Shown here: positions 1-9,100 of the stretch, piece by piece
Position numbering within the stretch: the first letter of the stretch is position 1
Layout of the letters: each line of letters starts with the position of its first letter
IMG/VR virus record: IMGVR_UViG_3300018424_007835
Coordinates: 32,001-96,000 of that record
Reading direction: 5' to 3' (one strand)
DNA from: a virus
DNA length: 64,000 bases
Translations under genes and position numbers: made by a program
Notes under the pieces: generated by a model
Told to the model about the DNA's origin: nothing
The model's input: the letters and a program-made list of their open reading frames with translations, nothing else
Databases searched by the model: none

Positions 1-2
1 AA

Positions 3-1025
3 GACGATGAAAACGGTCGCACATCCAAGGGTTGGCACACTGGAGATGACGATAAGGATGGTCCTATGAATAGTGTGGACGCAATGTCAGAGCGAGTTGG
101 CCAGGCTCTATCGCAGGCGCTTCGTAAGCCTGTTCAGATCTTGGAAATTGATGGCGATAATGTTGTTTTCCAAACGGGAGAAGATATGGTGTGGTCCGCT
201 ACCATGTCAATGGAAAACGGACAAATGATGGTTGGCCGTCCCACTAGGGTAAAGCCAACGACGACATATACTCCTATGGGGGATGACGCTCCTCCTTCTA
301 TGATGATCAAAGACCCTGACGCAAAGGGGATTCTTGAAGACGAGTACGCCTTTGCTACTGCTAAGATTGCTGCGGCGTGGTCGATTACTTTAGGCTGCAC
401 TGGGTATCACACCCACGGTGGTGGATTTGTTCCTTGCGATACTCATGAACAATATCTTGCCGCAATCAAAAAGTTTGAAGAAAACGGCGGGGTAAATCGG
501 GGTCCTGCCCATGACGACATTTTAAATGTTGATGTTGATGAAACTAAGGGTGCAGGTACTGGCTGTTCATGTGACACCGAGGAAAAGGGTTACGGGCACA
601 GACCAAAAGAAAAGCCAGAGTACCTTAAAGACCCAATGGCCCTTCTACTCATGGCCTACAACGAGATGTTGAAGCTACGTGGGGCATCGGACCTTCGTGA
701 CGCAACACTAGCCCTCATCAGCGAAGTTGAGGGGTTTCTCACCGAAGCGCCGATGGCTCGCCCAGGAGAGCAGGGCGAAAAGACTGAAACTGGTCTGGTC
801 GTCCACGTAAAGTGCGGAGAGGCTGCCACCTTGGATCTTGGTCGTGCTTTGGGTAATCTTCCGGTTGTGGCTCGGAAAAGTGAATCCGGTGTTGATATTC
901 ACTTTACGGATGAGATGAAGGAAGAGTGGTTGATGGAGAAAGTTGCCATCGCCTTGTCGGAGCTTAAGTTCGACGTTGATATTGCAGTAACTAGACCGAT
1001 TGACACCGGTTCGGGTGTTCAGTAA
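3..1025 (+). CDS. 5'-truncated head-assembly protein, probably the C-terminal extension of the prohead protease; contains a DUF3721-like Cys/His module
   Basis: The frame of ORF 66..1025 is open back to the window edge (DDENGRTSKGWHTGDDDKDGP-M), so 66 is probably not the start. It contains LGCTGYHTHGGGFVPCDTH and xxK|G/T motifs and lies upstream of the capsid gene. No protease catalytic domain is seen in the window, so the protease link is positional inference. Confidence 0.5.
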   Translation, partial: DDENGRTSKGWHTGDDDKDGPMNSVDAMSERVGQALSQALRKPVQILEIDGDNVVFQTGEDMVWSATMSMENGQMMVGRPTRVKPTTTYTPMGDDAPPSMMIKDPDAKGILEDEYAFATAKIAAAWSITLGCTGYHTHGGGFVPCDTHEQYLAAIKKFEENGGVNRGPAHDDILNVDVDETKGAGTGCSCDTEEKGYGHRPKEKPEYLKDPMALLLMAYNEMLKLRGASDLRDATLALISEVEGFLTEAPMARPGEQGEKTETGLVVHVKCGEAATLDLGRALGNLPVVARKSESGVDIHFTDEMKEEWLMEKVAIALSELKFDVDIAVTRPIDTGSGVQ

Positions 1026-1054
1026 GCTATTCCATAGAATATACAGGAGTAACA

Positions 1055-2986
1055 ATGAGTGAAAACTTTGATGAAGATCTTCAGCGGTTTGAGGAATTGA
1101 GCGCTGCAATGGAGCCCTCTGAGGGTGATGAAAAGGGTGTGCATATGGATGAGGTCCGCAAGGGCGCTCCGTCCGTGTTTATGACTGATATTCGGTTTAA
1201 GGAGTCTTTGGAAACTGGAGACCTTCTTTCGGAAGAAGCGTTTGCTGATCTTGATGAGGATGACCAAAAGAGCTATGAGCTTGTAGAGATTCTTGATGAG
1301 AAGGGCGAAGAGCCGATGGGGTGGGCATACCGCTTTAAGGCTGATGACATCGAAGATGTTGAAGAAGCTCTTGAGGTTGAGGAAAAGACTGAGACTGATG
1401 AAGATACTGAGGTACCTGAAGAAAAGTCGGATGAACCAGAGGACTTTGAAGAGAAGACTGAAGAGGTAGAAGCTACTGAGGAAAAGGTTGATGATACATC
1501 TGACCCTGTTGCGGAACAGTTGCTCAGCAAAAGGGCTGCTGACATTTTGGCTCGCATGCGTGCCCCTATGGAGGAAGCCGTTGAGGAAGAAGAAAAGGCT
1601 CCTTCAATTTTCTTGACCGATATTCGGTTCAAGGAGATGGTAGAAGATGGTGAGCTTATTGAAGAGGAAGAATTTGCGTCTTTGGATGAAGATGCAAAGG
1701 GGGCTTTCCAGCCTGTAGATGTTTTTGAGGAAGGCACGGGTAAGGGTTACGGTATGCGGTATCGTCGCAGGAGTCCTATGGAAATTTCCGCTATGCGCAA
1801 GGGTGGAGATGACACTGGCGAAAAGGCGGCTGAGGGCGGTGACGATGCTGAGGACGTGTTTGCCTCCGCAGAGGCGGCAGAAGCACGGGCTGCTGAGCTT
1901 GGTTGCGCAGGGACGCACCGGGCTGGCGCTATGTGGATGCCTTGCGCTACTCATGATGAGTGGATGGAGTTAAGTGCTGCTGCTAAACCAGACGAACCCG
2001 AAGCTGCACCTGCTCCCGCTCCCGCTCCCGCTGCTGCCGCCCCACCGGCAGCAGGCGGAATGGCAATGCCAGCCAAGGAAGAATTCCTTTGTGGCTACCA
2101 GCGCAAGTCTGTTTCTGAATCTTGTGGTTTTTGTACAGGCGGTTGCGCATCTCAAGACGGCCTTCCAGGGCTAGCAGACATTGAAGCCCAGGTTAAGGAA
2201 GCGTACCTTAATTCTGAAATTATCGGATCTGGCTACTCATCCAACGACGACGTGTTTGTTGTTGATGTGAAGCGTGAAGATGGTTCGCTTATTGAAGTAT
2301 TTTTGACTGGCGACGGCGATGAGTTGGGGTGGCTACGTCTGAATGAGAGTTCGCTGGAAAGCAAGTCGGCTGAACCAGTTGATATTATTTCTAAAGCAAC
2401 GGCTGAAAAGCTTGCTCTGGATGCGGTTGATCAGCTAGGCTTTAAGGCTGAGGCAATGTCTATTACAGTGGATGTGTACGCTGAGCAAGATGTCTATGTA
2501 GTCGAAGCAGACTCTGAAGAGAAGAGCTTTGATGTTTTTGTTTCAGCTGACGGTAAGGTGCTTGGCTATGACGAGTACAGCTATTCTGAGCCGATGGAGT
2601 TGTCCGAAGAAGATGAGATCAAGGCGCTGGAAGCTGAGCTTGCAATTAAGCGCTTGTACTCTCGGGAGCAGCGTGAAGAAATGGCGGCCTCTGGAGAAGC
2701 TTTAGAAGATGGATCATTCCCAATTGCGGATGAAGCGGATTTAGCCAACGCAGTTCAGGCGTTTGGGCGGGCGGCTGATCCTGATTCCGCAAAAGAGCAC
2801 ATTATGAAGCGGGCCAAGGAACTGAAGCGGGAAGATATGATTCCTGAGGACTGGAAAACATCCACGGAAGAAGTCATGGAGGCTGCGCCCGCTGATGGGG
2901 CAGATGGTGAAGAAAAGGCAGCAGAAGATTTAGAGTTGCTGCGTTCACTTTTGGAGTTTGAAGAACTTGAGGGTGGCATTTCTTAA
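1055..2986 (+). CDS. Acidic modular head protein (scaffold/internal protein-like) with an internal duplicated domain, DUF3721-like module, Cys cluster, two PepSY-like folds and a C-terminal DGSFPI domain
   Basis: AGGAG SD; very Glu/Asp-rich; repeat APS(V/I)F(M/L)TDIRFKE twice; ELGCAGTHRAGAMWMPC; DVFVVDVKREDGSLIEVFL and DVYVVEADSEEKSFDVFVSADGKVL; ALEDGSFPIADEADLANAVQAFGRA. Confidence 0.6.
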   Translation: MSENFDEDLQRFEELSAAMEPSEGDEKGVHMDEVRKGAPSVFMTDIRFKESLETGDLLSEEAFADLDEDDQKSYELVEILDEKGEEPMGWAYRFKADDIEDVEEALEVEEKTETDEDTEVPEEKSDEPEDFEEKTEEVEATEEKVDDTSDPVAEQLLSKRAADILARMRAPMEEAVEEEEKAPSIFLTDIRFKEMVEDGELIEEEEFASLDEDAKGAFQPVDVFEEGTGKGYGMRYRRRSPMEISAMRKGGDDTGEKAAEGGDDAEDVFASAEAAEARAAELGCAGTHRAGAMWMPCATHDEWMELSAAAKPDEPEAAPAPAPAPAAAAPPAAGGMAMPAKEEFLCGYQRKSVSESCGFCTGGCASQDGLPGLADIEAQVKEAYLNSEIIGSGYSSNDDVFVVDVKREDGSLIEVFLTGDGDELGWLRLNESSLESKSAEPVDIISKATAEKLALDAVDQLGFKAEAMSITVDVYAEQDVYVVEADSEEKSFDVFVSADGKVLGYDEYSYSEPMELSEEDEIKALEAELAIKRLYSREQREEMAASGEALEDGSFPIADEADLANAVQAFGRAADPDSAKEHIMKRAKELKREDMIPEDWKTSTEEVMEAAPADGADGEEKAAEDLELLRSLLEFEELEGGIS

Positions 2987-2998
2987 CGAGGAGGCGTT

Positions 2999-3172
2999 GT
3001 GCGTCCTGTGGAAATTTCAGAAAGGATTGCTGAAGCTAATCAAACTCTAGCAGCACTTAATTCTAGTGCTGTAATTGGCTACCATCGGGAGCGTGAACCA
3101 GTAGAATATGTGTACGAGGGAGATAAAGTTTCGTATTTATCTCTTGATGTTAGCGAGGGCCTTGATGACTGA
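2999..3172 (+). CDS. Small hypothetical protein (57 aa, MRPVEISERIAEANQ...), not in the ORF track
   Basis: GAGGAGG SD, GTG start; fills the gap after the preceding gene; its stop overlaps the ATG at 3165 (ATGACTGA). Confidence 0.65.
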   Translation: MRPVEISERIAEANQTLAALNSSAVIGYHREREPVEYVYEGDKVSYLSLDVSEGLDD

Positions 3173-6100
3173 TATGCATGTTAAAGCTCCAGAAGTGGGT
3201 CCTAACGCTGACGCTCTCACGAGCCTCACCCGAGGACGAGGGCCTCGCCGTGGCAACCTTGAGGCGTTGTTCCGCTATTGGAGACCCATCCTCAAAAAGC
3301 CAGGTGGCTTCCGTCGTTGCGTCGTTATTTTGATGGATAACCCAAAGTTTGGTGGTAAGCCTCAGCGTATTTGTGCGTGGTTGCATCATGAGCTTACTGG
3401 CAAGTGGCCTAATGAGGGTAACCATCATGGCCGTGGCGGCCGCTCCGGTGGGGGCCGTCGCCGCCGCCGTGGTCGCCGTAAAAAGTCGTTTTCTGTCGAC
3501 ACTCTGGTGGGAAACTCCCTAAGGGAGACCGTTCGGGAGTCTAGGTCTTTGGGTGGGGTTATGTCTCAGCCTATTGATGGTCGCCAAAATGTTGTTGAGA
3601 TGAAAGCTGCCATGTTTTTGCAGCGTTATGAAAGTCATGTTTTTCCAGAAGTAGTTACAGATGTTAAGCGGGTGGGTATATTTGGTGGTTCTTCCAGACT
3701 TGCTCAGGGGGCTCAAGCTGTAGGTACCGCTATTGCCCCTGGGGATATTTCTGATGTTCGGAGTCCTGTTCGTAGCCAAATTTATGAAATGCTTACCCCC
3801 GGTTTCGGATTTAATATTCCGGGCCGCACCCCTCGCCGCCGTGGGGGTAGGGGTGCTCGTAATAAGTTTAGGTGCCCTCCTGGGTACGAGAACGGCGGAA
3901 CTTTTACTAATTCTGAGTTTAGTACTTGTGGTGCCCAAATATTAGGCATACCAAAGTTTGGGCCGGGTGCGCCGACTCTTGCTGCTGCTAGAGAGTTGGC
4001 TTCGCTTGCTAGCACTGCGGGCCTTGTTCAGGAAATTGGTGATCTTCGAAATAACTCTAATCCGCTAGATATTATTCGTGCTGCTCAGATTCCGCAGGCC
4101 CCCAAGAAGGGGTCCCCAACTCGTGCCCAGACTTCTATTGATTTTGTTCTTCAGCAATATTCTGAGTTAGATTTTCCGATTAAGGCAGTTCGTCGGGACG
4201 GTGTGATTCTAGAACCGGTTGTACCCGTTCAGCGTTTAGCGCAGATGAATGAGTTTGATGACTTAGCGGACGGTAATCTTATTGATAAGTATTCTTCAGG
4301 TGTTATTGGTGCAGAACTAGTGCCCGCTTTTAGTTCGGGGTTGAGGGCTGTGTATGTATTCATCCCTGGTGTTGGCGCTGTTAAAATTAATCGGGTAGGT
4401 GGAGAGCTGTCCCCTGAAGAGCGAGCGGGTCTACTACGAAGGTTCTCTGAAGGGATAAGCCGTGCCCCGGACATGCCTGATCCATCTGAAGATTTGAGGG
4501 CGTGGGCAGACGCTTCAAATGGCAGGTTTACAGTTGAGTTTGGCGAGGTGACCTCTAATGGGTTTAATGTTTCTGAGCCAAAGAATGAGCTTTTGCGTGT
4601 TGTGGCGGCTGGTGGGATTAAGAAGACCGTTCCACGGTGGGTGTATGAAACCTTTATGTCTCGTTCAGCCCCACGTCGTGCAAAGAATGCACCTATTTTT
4701 GAGATTGAGTCTGAAGAGAAGTCGTTAAAAGTTTTTGCGTTTGATCTTCCAACTCAGCCATTTGAGGCGGAGTTGCTAATGAGGGGCGCTCAGGCCTACA
4801 ACAAAAATATATCTACTAAGGTGGCTACGTTTAGGTCCCTTTCGTTTAAGGCTCCTTCTGCTCGTAGGATTGGCCGCACGATTGGTGAAACTGCGGGTTC
4901 GGTTGGCGGCGGCGTTTCTGCTGTTTTTGACTCTGGAGCTAATAGGTTTAGGTGCCCGCCTGGTACTCGTCATGGTGGTCGGTTTTCTGATCAGTTTGGC
5001 CGAAATTGTGGGGGTGTGGCGGGTCCTCAGGCGTTGAATCGCTTGCAACAGCTTACAAACTTTTTTCAGGAGGCGCAGTCCACTATAAATCGGTTGAACC
5101 TTTCGGGGGGTAATGGAGATCTTGATCGGGTTACGGATATACCGGAGTTGCGAGAAGCGCTAGAGGATGCTAAAGCGCAAATAGCAGAGTTTGATACTGG
5201 CGATGCTGGGATGCTTGGTCCTGGGCTTCTACAGCCAACGGAGCGTACTCCGTTGATTGGGTTGCGTTACGTTGAAATTCTTGAAAGAATGAAAGCGGAT
5301 GAGCGCCGTCGAGAGATTTTTGAAAATGTTGATTGGAACAACCTTGAAGAAGTTAGAGAATTGTTTAGTACGCTTGCAACTGTGGAGGCTGGCAGGTTAG
5401 AGGTTAATCCTCCTCAGACTCCTGGGGAGCGTAGGCGTGCGGCACTTGTTGACAATAATATTGATTTGTTTGGGGCAACTTTACAGGAGGCGGTTGGAAA
5501 AAACTTGGGAACTATTGATGCTCCTGCCCGTCCTCGCCGTGCTAGACGGGTAGAGGACCCTGATGCCGTAGATCCTTCTCCAGAGGTGCTTGAGCGGTTG
5601 CGGCAAGGTAGCGAGCTTCTACCAGGATTACGGGATCAGCTACGTCGTTATGACCAGTTCGACAATCTTCGCCCCGGCGATGAGCATCCTGACCGACCTG
5701 GGTTTTTCCTTACTGAAAATGGCGGCTTTGAAGATCGGTTTGGTAGGCCGATGCCTCTTTTGGGGGGCGGCCGTAGCGGTTCTGGGCGAACAAATGATCG
5801 GAACGCTGTAGATATTACTCCAGAGGTGCTTGAGCGGTTGCGGGAGTACGCCGATCCTGATAGTGAGCTTATGCAGCGATTCAGCGAGCAACGAAGCCGT
5901 CAAGAGATCATTGACAATCTTCGCCCCGGCGATGAGCATCCTGATTTCCCCGGCTATTATCTAGACGACAATGGTGGGTTGAGGGACCGAACTGGGAGGC
6001 CGCTACCATTGAGGGCAGGACAAGCCGACTTACCTCCACGCCGCCCCCGTGTTAATCCTAACTCTGAAGCCGGATTTGTGGAAGCTGCCCGGGCCGAGGT

Positions 6101-9100
6101 TCCTGATGGGCCAGACGCAGCGTTTGAACGTGACAAGGCTGAGTGGAAGGCACGTAAGCGGTATTGGATGCGCACTCTTGCAGAGATCGACGACTATGAT
6201 GATCGACGCTGGGTTCAGCGGTTGACAGACGAAAACTTACAGCGATACGCTGACCATTTGTCGGCGGAAGATCAGCGGGGAGACGAAATAAATAGTTTTC
6301 AGGAGAAAATGCGGGAGTTTGTTCGGGCTGAAATGGAATTTCGTGGTCTCCGACGGCCTGACGCTATTGAGCCAGGGGATCTTCCAGATGAAGCTGATGA
6401 GCAGTTTGATGTTGCCGAGTTTCAGGCAGACCTTGTTCAACGCCTTGAAGAAGGTGGGCTTGACCTGGGCAGTTTTTCGCAAGCAGAGTTGGACGACATT
6501 CTTAAAAAGCTGGACAGGGTTTTAGAGGATAATTCTGAGCCTGATGATGGAGTTGTCTGGGCGGGTATTAGAGATGCGCTCAGAGATGAGCAACGACGCC
6601 GTGATGCTCTGCGTATTGGTTCAGGCGTTGGTATTAATGAGCGATTTGATTTGAATGATCCCGATGGGGTTATTGACGCTTTAGAAGAGCTTGATGAGCG
6701 TTTGGATGTGGCGGAGGATCTCACGACCAGAAACCTTCTTGAAAGAATGTCAAACGAAGACTTAGGTTTCTACTTGCGTGCTGTTGACCGAGCAATAGAA
6801 GAGTTTGATGATATTGACTTGGCTCGTCTTAGAGATGATTTATCTCGTGAAGTCAATCGGCGCAATGGTGAAAAACCTGACACCCCTGATGTTGTGAATA
6901 AGCATTTCGATGAACTAGTCAACCGTTGGGAAGCCCTCGACGCCGGGGATATGGGGGCTCTACTATTTGCCCAGCTTTCCGATGACGACGTTGTAAAGTT
7001 CAGAAACGCCTTAGCACGATATGACGGTAATGATCCTCGGGCTGAAATGTTCCGCAGAGAGCTTGATAAAGTGTTTGAGGAGCGTTTTGGTGAAGGCGGA
7101 TCGAAACAGCATTCACATCTCCCAGGTCAAGAATTAGATGAAAAGTTTGATTTGTTTGTCTCTAAAGATATTGAAGCAGCCTTGCGGGAAATGAACGAAC
7201 GGATGTTTGCGTTCGATGATTCTGACCGTCTAGGAGTAACGCAAGAGTTCTGGGCTAGCCTATCAGATAGAGACTTAATGTTTTACGAACAGCTTATATT
7301 ACGTGCTGGTAGCGTGTTTGGTGAGGATAATTCTGAGCTGCGTTTGGTTTTGCGAGACTTCTTCACCGATATCAGGGAGGAAGTAGTTCGCAGAGGACCA
7401 AACATGGGTCGTCGCCCTGCGCCTCGTACTGACGCCCCAAGCGAAGCAGCTATTCGTAATGTGCGCAATAGGTTCCCACGTCGTGGTTTACCAGGGCGGG
7501 CTTACTGGCGGGATGAGGATTATGATAGGGGGGATGGACCTGAGCTTGATCGTCGTTTTGGTAGGTATTATGATGATGGCAGTGGGGTTCTTAATGAGCG
7601 TGGCCGTTTGGTCAATAGGGTAATTAAGGAGGATCGTGCAGAGGGTGATCTGAGGCCGGTGGATGATGACGCCCAGTTTAATCGGTTTGCTGATCCTGAG
7701 TTAGCTATACCAGCCGCCGTGGGGAACATCTTGTGGAAGCTTTCTCAGCAACTGAATGATAATCCTGAAGTGTTTGCTGCGGCGGTGTTGAACGCTTTTC
7801 AAGAGGCTGCAAATATGTTCAGAGGTGGGGTCACCGCTCGTGAGAAACTTAATCTAGACGCTTTGCGTTCCTATGTTGATAGTATTGGTGATCCGCAAGC
7901 TAAGCGGCTTGCCACTATGCGGTTAAGAAATTTCAGGGCCTTGAATGCTGCTTTGGATGCCCTTGATAGGGGTGATAACGATAGGGCACTTCGTGCTTTG
8001 GCTATGCTTAATCCTGTAGCTAGGAATAACTTGCAGCAATTGGTGGATGGTGCTCCTTCTCCTGAGGCTTTGCGATCTCCACGTCGTGTGTCGCCTGATT
8101 CGTTGGATAGGTTTACTCCTGATTTTATTGTGGACGCCGACGCTTACGATCTGAGTTTAGCTTTTGAAGAGGTCCGTGAGGCGGCTCGTAATGCACCCCC
8201 TGGCCCCCAGCGTGTTCAGGCGTTGCAGCTTTTGCGAGAGATGCGTCAAGAGTTGGCCCGCCGTCATCGTGCTGCCCGGATTATGCAGACGGATGAGGAG
8301 TATCTGGATAGGGTTATGGACCGTGCTCTTAATACGCAAATTAACAGCTTCGGTGACGCAGGGGCGTTACCTGCGGAAATGAACCGGTTGACTATTTTGG
8401 AATTGCGTGATGCCCTAGCTACCGAGCGTGGTAGGGTTGCTGACGGCACGGGTTCGATAGAGCGTGTTCAGCGCCTTGAGGCTGCGATTGCTGCTGTTAC
8501 GGACGTTTATAATGCCCAAATTGGCCGTGATGGCCGCCGCTATGAGCAGAAACTTGAAGATGCTTGGTCTGCTATTTGGGGGTCGCCTGAGGATGGTATG
8601 GTTGTGCCTCATGCTGTAGACGACGCCTCTGGGGTTGCGGAGATACTTCGCAACGACTTTGGCATTTCGTTGGAGGATTGGCCTGAGCTTCGGCGTGATT
8701 TAGCTCGCCGGATTGATGGGTTGTCGGTTGATGATTATGCCCGTTTGACGGGTGATGATAACTTGGGGCCAGAGTATTTATTGTTTAATATTGATCGTGT
8801 CTTTGAAGATGCTCGTAGGTCCGAAATTTTCGAGATGAATTTACCGCTAGCGGATCGGAGCCGTGAGGCACTGGAGGAGCGGTTGGCGTATCTTGATAAT
8901 TTCGAAATTGATGAAATTGCTAGATTGGCAAGACGCACAGAGGCACCGTCTCCTAATAGGCTCCAGCTAGATGAGCGGTTGCAGAATAATCGCAATAGAG
9001 AAATTGGTGAGCTTGAACTTGAGCTTCGCCGTCGTGGGGCTGAGCAGATGGGCAGCAATATTGAGTTTCCCGTCAACGCTGAAAATATTGGGTACGGCTG

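Noticed and set aside
3108-3164. Track starts at 3108, 12747, 20874, 32771, 42588, 44136, 52985 and 59369
   Set aside because: Downstream starts have SD or leaderless promoters and avoid long overlaps
5578-5944. Direct repeats as a CRISPR array
   Set aside because: Only two copies, in-frame within a CDS, with no spacer periodicity and no cas genes
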